A DNA stretch of 64,000 nt from an uncultured Planctomycetaceae bacterium (GTDB taxonomy: Bacteria; Planctomycetota; Planctomycetia; Planctomycetales; Planctomycetaceae): NCBI GenBank assembly GCA_963815195.1, contig CAWFGE010000013.1:416001-480000 (forward strand), written 5' to 3'. The notes under the pieces were generated by a model. It saw nothing but the letters and a program-made list of their open reading frames with translations. It had not been told where the DNA came from and did not search any database. Shown here piece by piece: positions 24,219 to 33,337 of the stretch (positions are counted from its first letter, which is position 1; every line of letters begins with the position of its first letter). The position numbers were made by a program, and so were the translations under genes.

Positions 24219-25437
24219 ATGATTGCTTCCGAATGGCTGGCCGACGAACCTTGGCTCAGGTGGCGGGATGAATGGTCGCTGGACGAGGATGTGATTTATC
24301 TGAATCACGGCTCGTTTGGACCGTCGCCGCGCTGCGTGCAGGAAGCCCGCCGGAAGTGGAGCCAAACGCTCGAATCGCAGCCGATGGATTTCTTTCTGAG
24401 GCAACTCGAAACCCATCTGGATCACGCGACGGCCCGCCTGGGCGAACTGGTCGGAGCCGACGCCGGCGATTTGATCTTCGTGGACAACGCGACCTTCGGC
24501 ATGAACATCGTCGCCGCGAGCGTGGCTCTCGAAGCGGGGGACGAGGTGTTGCTCACCGATCACGAATACGGAGCGGTGCAGCGGATTCTGGCGGCACGCG
24601 GCGAATCGCGCGGAAGCGGAACTGGTGACCGCGAACCTGCCGTTCCCTGTGACCTCGGCGTCCGAACTGGTGGACCAACTGTTGGCCCACGTCACCGAGC
24701 GGACGAAGTTGATCGTCGTCAGCCACATCACGTCGCCGACGGCGCTGACTCTGCCCGTCGCTGAGATTTGCCGGCGGGCGAGAGCCCGGCGGGTGGCGGT
24801 GTGCGTGGACGGTCCGCACGCCGTGGGAATGGTGCCTTTCCACCTAGGGCAGATGGAGCCGGACTTCTACGTCGCGAGCCTCCACAAATGGCTCTCGGCC
24901 CCGTTCGGCAGCGGGTTTCTGTACGCGGCGAAGCGTCGGCAGTCTTCGATGCAGCCGTGCGTTACGAGTTGGGGCGGGAGCCTCGAAGGCCGGCCGAGTT
25001 CCTGGAAGGATGAGTTCCGCTGGATCGGCACCCGCGACCCGTCCGCGTTTTTGTCCGTGCCTGCGGCGATTGACTTTTTGGAGGATTCGGGCCTCGAAGA
25101 TTTTCGCCACCGCACCCATGCCCTCGCCGGCTATGCTCGCGAGCAAGTGCTGAATCTCACGGGACTCACCCCGCCTTGGCCGGACGAATTGACCTGGTAC
25201 GGCTCGATGATCGCATTGCCGCTGCCGAAAGCTCCCGAAGCTCCGCCGGCGGGCGTCCAACGCGATCCGCTGCAACATGCGCTTTGGAAGCGTTACCAGA
25301 TCGAAGTCCCGATCATCCACTGGCGCGGCCATCGTTTGCTAAGGGTGTCCTGCCATCTCTACAACACCCAAGCCGACATCGACCGCATGGTCGCGGCACT
25401 CAAAGAACTCCTCGCCGAAGAACGAGCCGCCCAATAA
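24219..25437 (+). CDS. class-V PLP-dependent aminotransferase (isopenicillin N epimerase / Egt2-like C-S lyase), frameshift near 24590
   Basis: YLNHGSFG, NATFGMN, TDHEYG, SHITSPTA, VDGPH, SLHKWL (PLP lysine), GTRDPS, RVSCHLYN. Confidence 0.85.
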
Positions 25438-25558
25438 TTGAAAGGCATTACATTAGCCGCAGGGGGGCACCGCCCGCAGGGTGGTCCGCCCCGGTTCGCT
25501 GCGGTAACCGGCTAATGATTACGGATGACACCAGCGAATTGTGAAGAGATTTTACCAC

Positions 25559-26731
25559 ATGATGCAATATGATTTTTTCTCGCCGCAACAGATCGTGTTT
25601 GGCTGGGGCCGGCGGAACGAAGCGGGGGAACTGGCGAAGACCTTGGGCCGCCGGGCGTTTGTGGTCAATGGCTCCCAGACGTTGGCGGCGGGCGGCGTCT
25701 TGAACGAGATCACCGACTCGCTTCGAACCGCCGGTCTTGAGGTTGTCGAATTGGTGACGATCTCGCGGGAACCGGAAGTGGCCGACGTGGACGCCGCGGT
25801 CGGGGCGATCTTGAAATATCAACCGGTGGCCGGTGATTTTGTGCTGGGCCTCGGCGGCGGGGCGGCGATGGACTTAAGTAAAGCCGTCGCAGCGCTCGCG
25901 ACGAATCGGCAGGGGCGTTCCGTCAAGGATTTTTTAGAAGGCGTGGGCGCGGGATTAAAAATCGAACACGAACCGCTGCCTTTGATGGTCCTGCCGACCA
26001 CGGCGGGCACCGGTTCGGAAGCCACGAAGAACGCGGTGATTTCCTGTTACGATCCGCCGTTCAAAAAGAGTTTAAGGTCCGCGAAGATGGTCCCCAATGT
26101 CGTGTTGGTCGATCCGGAACTGACGGTGAGCGTGCCTCCGCTCATCACGGCTCATACGGGGATGGATGCGATTACGCAGTTGATCGAAAGCTTTCTCTCC
26201 CGCCGGGCGAAACCAATTCCGCAGGCGCTGTGTCTCGCGGGACTCAAGAACGCCGTCCCCGCGCTCATCGAAGCCGAGCGAAATCCCGACAGCCGCCCGG
26301 CTCGCGAAACAATGTCGCACGCGGCTCTCTTATCGGGGATGGCATTGGCGAATTCCGGATTGGGCCTGGCCCACGGCGTCGCGGCGGCCTTGGGCGTTCA
26401 TTGCCGAGTTCCGCACGGCCTGGCCTGTGCCGTGATGTTGCCGACGGCAATCCGCATCAATGCCGATGTCTGTGAGGACCGCCTGCCCGAACTCGCGTCG
26501 GCTTTGACGGGAAAGGTGATCGAAGATCCCGAAACGGCGAAGCGGGTTTGCATGGAGACCATCGAATCTCTTGCCGAGGCGGTGGGCATTCCGCGGCGGC
26601 TATCGGAAATCGGCGTGACGGCCGACCAGATCCCGGCCCTCGTTCAAAGCTCGCGCGGCAACAGCATGAGCGGCAATCCCCGCGACGTTTCCGACGAGGA
26701 ACTCCAAACGCTGTTGGAGGGCTTGTTGTGA
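25559..26731 (+). CDS. iron-containing alcohol dehydrogenase
   Basis: GLGGGAAMDLSK, PTTAGTGSEAT, DAITQLIES, GLAHG...HGLAC. Confidence 0.92.
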   Translation: MMQYDFFSPQQIVFGWGRRNEAGELAKTLGRRAFVVNGSQTLAAGGVLNEITDSLRTAGLEVVELVTISREPEVADVDAAVGAILKYQPVAGDFVLGLGGGAAMDLSKAVAALATNRQGRSVKDFLEGVGAGLKIEHEPLPLMVLPTTAGTGSEATKNAVISCYDPPFKKSLRSAKMVPNVVLVDPELTVSVPPLITAHTGMDAITQLIESFLSRRAKPIPQALCLAGLKNAVPALIEAERNPDSRPARETMSHAALLSGMALANSGLGLAHGVAAALGVHCRVPHGLACAVMLPTAIRINADVCEDRLPELASALTGKVIEDPETAKRVCMETIESLAEAVGIPRRLSEIGVTADQIPALVQSSRGNSMSGNPRDVSDEELQTLLEGLL

Positions 26732-27654
26732 TCCTCGCCGCCGGTTTGACGCCCGCCTGGCAGCAGATTTTCTGCTTCGATCGTTTCGCGCCGGGCGAGG
26801 TCAACCGCGCGATCCGCGTGGAAGCCTGCGCTTTGGGGAAGGTGCTCAACGTGGGGATGGCGGTGCATGCTCTCGGGGCCGAAGTGCGGACGTTGTCCCT
26901 GCTCGGCGGGCAAGCGGGCGAAGCGATCCGCGAGGAGTTCGCCCAGCGAAACATCCCCGCGCGGTGGATCAAATCTCGAACCGCAACCCGCACGTGCACG
27001 ACGATTCTTGACAATCAAACTCATCAGACGACGGAACTGGTCGAGAACTCGGCGGCGCTCGCGGCGGAAGAGTTAAACCGTTTCCGCGAGGCGTTTCGCG
27101 AAGAAGCGGCGCGTGCGGATTGGGTGGTGCTCTCCGGTTCGCTGCCGGCGGGCGTTCCCGAGACGTTTTATCGCGAGTTGATGGAAGACTGCCGGGGGCC
27201 GGTGGTGTTGGATATTCGCGGCGCGGAACTTCAGGCGGCGCTCGAAGGGCGGCCGTTTCTCGTCAAACCCAATTACGAGGAACTTTCGCGGACGGTGGGC
27301 CGGGAGCTTACCACCGAAGCGGACACGCTCGCGGCGATGCGGGAACTCAATCGGCACGGGGCTACGTGGGTGATCATCACCCACGGTGCCCGGGCTGTGT
27401 TGGCATCAAATGAAACCGAGTCGTTTCGATTGATTCCGCCAAAAATCCCAGTCGTCAATCCCATTGCGTGCGGGGATTGTTTTGCGGCCGGGCTGGTTTG
27501 GGGCTTTCACGAAAACCAATCCCCAGAGGAGGCTCTGCGGCTCGGCACGGCGGCGGCTGCGGAAAATCTCTCTCAACTCCTGCCGGCTCGATTGGACCGC
27601 GACCGCGTCCTGAAACTCGCGCGAACGATTCACGTCGAACCGATCGCCGATTAA
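26728..27654 (+). CDS. 1-phosphofructokinase-family (PfkB) carbohydrate kinase
   Basis: GTGA overlap with the ADH gene. Motifs GKVLNV, SGSLP, LVKPNYEE, NPIACGDCFAAG. Confidence 0.88.
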   Translation: MILAAGLTPAWQQIFCFDRFAPGEVNRAIRVEACALGKVLNVGMAVHALGAEVRTLSLLGGQAGEAIREEFAQRNIPARWIKSRTATRTCTTILDNQTHQTTELVENSAALAAEELNRFREAFREEAARADWVVLSGSLPAGVPETFYRELMEDCRGPVVLDIRGAELQAALEGRPFLVKPNYEELSRTVGRELTTEADTLAAMRELNRHGATWVIITHGARAVLASNETESFRLIPPKIPVVNPIACGDCFAAGLVWGFHENQSPEEALRLGTAAAAENLSQLLPARLDRDRVLKLARTIHVEPIAD

Positions 27655-27656
27655 AT

Positions 27657-29309
27657 TCATTGGCTCGCCTCGCCGGCGGAAATCAAGCCGTCGCCGTTTT
27701 GGTCGAGCTTCTCAAATGCCTTCGAGGTGCCTAAGAATTCCCGCGTCGACACGTCGCCGTCGTTGTTGCGGTCCATGCGGCGAAACCATTCCGGACCGGC
27801 GGCGGTTCGCTGAACTCGTTGGCCGCCCATGGACGGATTGGACACCACCCGGATCCCGCTGAAGCGGCTGAACCGGTTCACATCGCCTTCTAATGTGACG
27901 AGGCGGTATTGCTGCGGGATTTCGCTTTCCGCGACGCGGCCGTCCTTGTCCTTGTCCCAGAGCGCCGCCCGGTCGGGCATGGCCCAGAACTCGCGCTTGG
28001 AAACCCGGCCGTCGCTGTCGCTGTCCAGGATGCGAAACAGATCCCGCCCGCGGTCGGTCACGGTCAGGCGAATCTGCTGGGAAAGCAAGCGGGCGATCGG
28101 CAACATGCCCTCCACCGCCTCGTCGAGGAACAGCTTCTCATCGCGATCCGCATCGAGCACTTCAAACAGGCTCTGCATGTTGCCCAGCCGGCGGGATTCT
28201 TCTTTGTCGATGTAGCCGTTGTTGTCGGCGTCGGCTGCGCGGATTTGCGATTTGAGAACGTCATCCAGCTTCGTCCAGCGTTTGGGCTCGGCGGAGATTT
28301 CCATCTGGACCGTGCCGAGGTTCAAGCTGCCGATGGCGTTCTTGACTTCGCTGTCGAGGTTTTCGTCGTGCTGGAACTCGATCCGCAGACGGCCTTCGAC
28401 AAAACCGCCAAACCGCACGATGACCGTGACATCCGCGCTCGGCGACCGGAGGTACTGCTGGATTTCCTCGAAGTCCCACTTGCCGTTGCCGTCCATGTCG
28501 TGGTTGGCGAACAGTTTTTCGGAAAGCCCCAATTCGTTTCGGCTGAGGGCGTTGTCTCGGGTGGGATCTTTGTCGTATTTGAACGTCAGCTTCTGGGCGA
28601 CCTGGCGGATGGAAGTCTGGTCCGCGAGGCTCAGGAACCGCGTTTGATCTTGTTGCGATGTCGCCATCGCACCGTCCACAACGAAATATTGCGGAAAGTT
28701 CACCGGAATCAGCTCGGCGGAGCTGATGGTTTCATCCTGGTCCAAATCGGATTTCGCCAATGTGGCGAGGGCGTTTTTCTGCTCTTCGCGGGAGAGTTTG
28801 CCGTCCGAATCCCGGTCCAAACGCGCGAACAACAACTTCGCCGCCTGGTTGGGGTCCTGGGGCATGCCCAGCGATGTGAACCTTTGCCCGCGTTGATTCT
28901 GGGACGATTCGATCGTCACCACAAACGGCTTAAAGCCCATGTCTTCGATGGACTCCGCAAAGTCTTTCCGCGCGAGCCCGCCCGGGACCGGCCGAAATCT
29001 CGCGGACTGGCCCGGCTCGAGCGGCCGGAGCACGGACAACAACCGCGTATTCGTCAGCTTGCCCAACTCCTGGGCGGAGAGCTTGCCATCCTCGTCTTTG
29101 TCGAGCATTTTGAAATAATCGTCCAGAAACTTCTCCCAAGCTTCGCCGAACGGCTTTCCGTCCACCGTGACTTGGAAGCGGAGCGTGATCAGGCGGTTGT
29201 CGTCCAGATAGAATAGCGTCTGCGGCTTGTCCTCGGCGGCGGAGGCCTGCCTTCGTTCGGATCCCAGAAATCCGCCGATCAGCACGAGAAGTATTGCTGC
29301 GCGTTTCAT
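27657..29309 (-). CDS. secreted multi-EF-hand protein
   Basis: Signal peptide and many DxDxDG loops (DKDEDGKL, DRDSDGKL, DMDGNGKW, DADNNGYI, DSDSDGRV, DKDKDGRV, DRNNDGDV, DQNGDGLI). Confidence 0.85.
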   Translation of the reverse strand: MKRAAILLVLIGGFLGSERRQASAAEDKPQTLFYLDDNRLITLRFQVTVDGKPFGEAWEKFLDDYFKMLDKDEDGKLSAQELGKLTNTRLLSVLRPLEPGQSARFRPVPGGLARKDFAESIEDMGFKPFVVTIESSQNQRGQRFTSLGMPQDPNQAAKLLFARLDRDSDGKLSREEQKNALATLAKSDLDQDETISSAELIPVNFPQYFVVDGAMATSQQDQTRFLSLADQTSIRQVAQKLTFKYDKDPTRDNALSRNELGLSEKLFANHDMDGNGKWDFEEIQQYLRSPSADVTVIVRFGGFVEGRLRIEFQHDENLDSEVKNAIGSLNLGTVQMEISAEPKRWTKLDDVLKSQIRAADADNNGYIDKEESRRLGNMQSLFEVLDADRDEKLFLDEAVEGMLPIARLLSQQIRLTVTDRGRDLFRILDSDSDGRVSKREFWAMPDRAALWDKDKDGRVAESEIPQQYRLVTLEGDVNRFSRFSGIRVVSNPSMGGQRVQRTAAGPEWFRRMDRNNDGDVSTREFLGTSKAFEKLDQNGDGLISAGEASQ

Positions 29310-30646
29310 GAGAGCACCTCCGTCACGGGTTTGGCTTCGGGATTGGCGAGGCGGATGGGCCGGCCGACGTTGGACATGTTTTGCTTCATGGGATCGAGAC
29401 CCAAGGCCTTGCATACGGTGGCCATCAGGTCGGCGTGAGTCACGGGGCGGTCTTCGACTGTCATGCCGTCGGCACTGGTCTTGCCGATGAACTGCCCGCC
29501 TTTGATCCCGCCGCCCGACAGCACCGTGCTCCAGGCGTTGGGGAAGTGGTCGCGGCCTTTGCTGCCATTGATCTTGGGCGTGCGGCCGAACTCGCCCATC
29601 CAGACGATCAAGGTCGAATCCAACAGCCCGCGGTCTTTGAGGTCGGAAATCAGCGTGGCCCAACCGGGATCCAACACTCCGCAGAGCGCCTTGAGCGCGG
29701 TGAAGTTGTTCTGGTGCGTGTCCCAGCCGAAGGTGTTCGCCCCTTGGACGCCATTGAGCGAAACCTCCACAAACGGCACGCCCCGCTCGATGAGCCGCCG
29801 GGCCAGGAGACAACCCTGCCCGAACAGGTTCCGGCCGTAGCGGTCGCGGAGCTTGTCGTCTTCTTCGTCGAGGTTAAAGGCTTTGACGGCTTCGGAGCGC
29901 ATCATCCGCACGGCTTGCTCGTACGCGGTGCGGTGGCTGGTCGTGGAGACGCCGGGCCGGGCCTGGGCGAAGTCGTCTTCGAGGCCCGCCAACAGGTCCA
30001 AGCGGGCATCGGCCTGGGCGAGTTCGATACCGCCCGGCCGGTCGAGGTTCCGCACTTTGAGGGAGTTTTCGTTGTACTGGCCGCCGATGGAGTTTTGATT
30101 TCCCACGACCAGCGGGGCATGTTTGGGTCCGAGGAAACCCGGGCCATACGCGGCGGGGTTCAAGAACTTGTACGGGGCCACGCTGACATAATCCGGCAGC
30201 TCCGCGCCGGGCGAGGCGAGTTCCTTGCTGAGGAGCGAACCCATCGTGGGATACTGCACCGGGCCGGTGGCGGCGTAGCCGGTTCGCATGACATAAGTCC
30301 CCCGCGAGTGGTCGCCTTCCTTGGTGGACATCGAGCGGATCGGGGCGACGTGCTCCATGACCTTGGCGAGATTCGGCAGATGCTCCGTGATTTTTACGCC
30401 GGGTGCGGACGTGTCGATCGGTTTGAACTCGCCGCCGTTGGCGTGGCCGGGCTTCATATCGAAGGTGTCGGTCTGGCTGGGGCCGCCGGTCATCCACAGC
30501 AAAATGCAGGCGCGTTTGCGTCCTTGGTTTTGGGCGGCTTCTTCGGCCAAGAGGGGCAGCCAATTCGACATCGACAGCCCAAACGTCCCACAGGCCGACA
30601 GCCGGAGCAGTTCCCGGCGGGAGATTTCAAAGGCAGAGCGAGACAT
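29306..30646 (-). CDS. DUF1501 family protein (Tat-exported)
   Basis: SRRELL Tat motif, ILLWMTGGPSQTDTFDMKP, LLARRLIERGV, WDTH, GEFGRTP, GRDH. Confidence 0.92.
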   Translation of the reverse strand: MSRSAFEISRRELLRLSACGTFGLSMSNWLPLLAEEAAQNQGRKRACILLWMTGGPSQTDTFDMKPGHANGGEFKPIDTSAPGVKITEHLPNLAKVMEHVAPIRSMSTKEGDHSRGTYVMRTGYAATGPVQYPTMGSLLSKELASPGAELPDYVSVAPYKFLNPAAYGPGFLGPKHAPLVVGNQNSIGGQYNENSLKVRNLDRPGGIELAQADARLDLLAGLEDDFAQARPGVSTTSHRTAYEQAVRMMRSEAVKAFNLDEEDDKLRDRYGRNLFGQGCLLARRLIERGVPFVEVSLNGVQGANTFGWDTHQNNFTALKALCGVLDPGWATLISDLKDRGLLDSTLIVWMGEFGRTPKINGSKGRDHFPNAWSTVLSGGGIKGGQFIGKTSADGMTVEDRPVTHADLMATVCKALGLDPMKQNMSNVGRPIRLANPEAKPVTEVLS

Positions 30647-30714
30647 GGCATGGTTCCTAAAAAAGCGAAGTGAGCAAGAATGGGCGAAATGGGTCCTGAA
30701 CGATTCCTGAAAAA

Positions 30715-31155
30715 TCACCGGGGATGGGAAATAGGTTCTTTCGCAGCAGGCGGGCGAGTTTGTTGAGAATTGAGAATTGTTTTCTCGTCGAGCTTGTAGT
30801 GTTTGAGGATGTTTTCTCCCAAGCCGCGATTATGCTTCAACAGAGCAATGTCGAGCCAGGGGTTGTCCGTAATCGCTTTCAGCAACGGCAAGTAGGCGTC
30901 GAGGCTGACTCCGCTTTCCACAAGAAACGCCACAGAGACAAGGCTGCCCCACCCTTTGGCGTTTTTGAGGATCTCCCTCGCCTTGGCAATGGAGATCTTT
31001 TGTTGTTGCTCCTCTTGGATGTCGGAATAAATGGAGACGTGAATCGTTTTGCCGTCTCCCTTTTGAACGACGACGGCAATGGACCGGGACTCCGCCTGGG
31101 CCATCGCGGGCAGGAGCACAATCAACGCCAACCCAAACAAACAGAATCTCATCAT
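30715..31155 (-). CDS. small secreted hypothetical protein
   Basis: Signal peptide (LIVLLPAMAQA) and GAGGAG RBS. AT-richer than its neighbours. Confidence 0.65.
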   Translation of the reverse strand: MMRFCLFGLALIVLLPAMAQAESRSIAVVVQKGDGKTIHVSIYSDIQEEQQQKISIAKAREILKNAKGWGSLVSVAFLVESGVSLDAYLPLLKAITDNPWLDIALLKHNRGLGENILKHYKLDEKTILNSQQTRPPAAKEPISHPR

Positions 31156-31172
31156 TTATCTCCTCAAGGAAT

Positions 31173-31661
31173 CTACCGCTTCTTTCCCGGCGGCTTTGAT
31201 TTCGGCAGCGCCTCGAACACGGTTTTCATGAAGTCTTTGTCGAGGCGCGAGCCATAGGAAAAGTTAATCACATAGTGTCCCTGGCCGTCTTCTGTCTTCG
31301 GACGGTCGATGTAGGTCTGCCAATAGGGTTCCCCGAGGATTTGCGGCACCACGGCGGCTCCCTCGTATTTTCCTTCCTGCACCGAGAGAGAAAGCACGAA
31401 GCCTTCGGCGTTGGGACCCTCGACTCGGTCGGTCGTCTCCAGGATTTCTCCAGTCTTCAAGTGTCGGTGGACAGTAAAAATCATCGTGCCGTGTTTTGCG
31501 CTGAGCCAGCCGTTCTTTTGCGTGATCTCTACGTCGGGGTAATGTTGACGCACGATCTTCTGAATCCGGTCGGCGAGTTCCTTCGGAATTTCAGCATCGG
31601 CCACGGCGATCGAGTCGGCGAGACCTATCGCCACGAGAAGCAAGGCGGCCTTGAATGGCAT
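31173..31661 (-). CDS. small secreted hypothetical protein
   Basis: Signal peptide MPFKAALLLVAIGLA and GGAGA RBS. Confidence 0.65.
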   Translation of the reverse strand: MPFKAALLLVAIGLADSIAVADAEIPKELADRIQKIVRQHYPDVEITQKNGWLSAKHGTMIFTVHRHLKTGEILETTDRVEGPNAEGFVLSLSVQEGKYEGAAVVPQILGEPYWQTYIDRPKTEDGQGHYVINFSYGSRLDKDFMKTVFEALPKSKPPGKKR

Positions 31662-31680
31662 CGCGTTCTCTCCATTTGCT

Positions 31681-33303
31681 TTAATGATTGAACAAAAACT
31701 CGCTGCTGTTTAAGAGCGCCCAGAATACGTCGGTGAGGGCTTTGCCGGGATCGTTGGCGGGGCCGCCGCCGTCCACGTATTTTTTCATCCGGGCGAGTTC
31801 CGCTTTGCGGGGCTTTCGGGACAACGCGGCGAGATACAAGGCTTCGATCTTTCCCTCCGTGTCGAGAAACGGGGCCCGGGCGACGGCAGCGAGGGTTTGG
31901 CTCTGCTCGAGGTCGGTCGCGGCCGCGCTGAGCCCGCCGTTCATCAAAGCGAGGGCTTGCAGGATCGTCGTTTCGCGGTCGGTGAGCGTGGTGCCGCTGT
32001 CGTCGAAGGTTTCCTGAAACATCGTTTGCTCGGACTGGCCGCCGAAGATGTAGGGATTGTTCGCCTGAAACGGCACCGGCGTCCCGGTGGCCTGGGCCAG
32101 GCTCTCGTAAAGCTGTTCCGGGGTCAGGCCTTGCACGTTCATGCGGGCGAAGAGTTCGGGCGGCTCCTGCGATTTGTCCGTCAGCCGGCTGCTTTGTTGA
32201 TAAGTCCGGCTGGCGGTGATCGCGCGGATCAGGAACTTCAGATCGAACTCGTGGGCCGCAAATTCCTTCGCCAGAAAATCCAACAGTTCGGGATGGCTGG
32301 GCGGGTTGGCGTCGGAGAAATCATCCACCGGCTCCACAATCCCCCTCCCGAAGAAATGGCCCCACATCCGGTTCGCAGCGGCGCGGGCGAAGTACGGGTT
32401 GTCCCGCGCGGCGACCCAATCGGCCAGCGTTTTTCTCGCCCCCACGCGAAACCGCCATTGCGGCTCGCTGCCGTCGAGGTAGCTTGCTTGCACGACCTGT
32501 TCGCTGTCGGGGATGCTGATTTCCCGGCGGTCGGGGATCTCGCGGACCTGGCCGAACACGTTGGGCTGGCCGTCGCGCACGATCCCGCCGAAGAACGCCG
32601 CGAACGACCAGAACTGATCCCGCTTCCAACTGTCGAACGGATGGTCGTGGCATTGGGCGCACTCGATGCGGATGCCCAAGAAGATCCGCGACGTCGCCGC
32701 GGCAAGGTTTTCCGGCGCGACCTGCTTGGCCTGGTAAAACGCCAAAGGCGTCGCCCCGCCGACCGCTTGCATATAAGCCCGGCGGTTGTCTCGGTCCTGG
32801 TTGAACTTCACATCGATGATCGCCCGCGCGATCTCGTCGTAAGACGTGTTCTCGGTGAGCCGTTCCCGCAGCCAGGCTTCGAAACCGGGAATCAAAAACC
32901 GCGTCTGCAGGTCGGAGTCGGTTTCGGGCAGCATCACCCGCCGCCAGTAGCGGGTGAAATTCATGATGTAGCCCGGCCGGTCCAGCAGTTCCTCCACGAC
33001 TCGCCGGCGTTTGTCGGGCGAGGTGTCCGCTAAAAACTCCCGCACCTTGAACACCGGCGGGATGCCGCCGTCCACGTGCAAGTACAGCCGCCTGAGAAAC
33101 TCCGCATCGCTGGCGGGTTCGGCGGGTTTGACGCCGGCTTCCTTCCAGCGGCGGGCGATCAGTTCATCGATCCGGTCCGCCACCCGCTGGACATCCTCCG
33201 CGGCGGGTTGGGACTCGGTGGCGGAATCCTCGGCTTGCGCCAGGCCGCCTGCCAAGAGCAGGAAGCAGGCGCACATTCGAAAGAGTCTGTGACGTATTCG
33301 CAT
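31681..33303 (-). CDS. DUF1549/DUF1553 domain protein
   Basis: DAEFLRRL, CAQCHDHP (CxxCH), NPYFARAAANRMW, PSHPELLD, QALALMNG, WALLNSSEF. Confidence 0.92.
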   Translation of the reverse strand: MRIRHRLFRMCACFLLLAGGLAQAEDSATESQPAAEDVQRVADRIDELIARRWKEAGVKPAEPASDAEFLRRLYLHVDGGIPPVFKVREFLADTSPDKRRRVVEELLDRPGYIMNFTRYWRRVMLPETDSDLQTRFLIPGFEAWLRERLTENTSYDEIARAIIDVKFNQDRDNRRAYMQAVGGATPLAFYQAKQVAPENLAAATSRIFLGIRIECAQCHDHPFDSWKRDQFWSFAAFFGGIVRDGQPNVFGQVREIPDRREISIPDSEQVVQASYLDGSEPQWRFRVGARKTLADWVAARDNPYFARAAANRMWGHFFGRGIVEPVDDFSDANPPSHPELLDFLAKEFAAHEFDLKFLIRAITASRTYQQSSRLTDKSQEPPELFARMNVQGLTPEQLYESLAQATGTPVPFQANNPYIFGGQSEQTMFQETFDDSGTTLTDRETTILQALALMNGGLSAAATDLEQSQTLAAVARAPFLDTEGKIEALYLAALSRKPRKAELARMKKYVDGGGPANDPGKALTDVFWALLNSSEFLFNH

Positions 33304-33337
33304 GGCTGTGGCTCGCTTGAGAGGAACGCTTCAGGGA

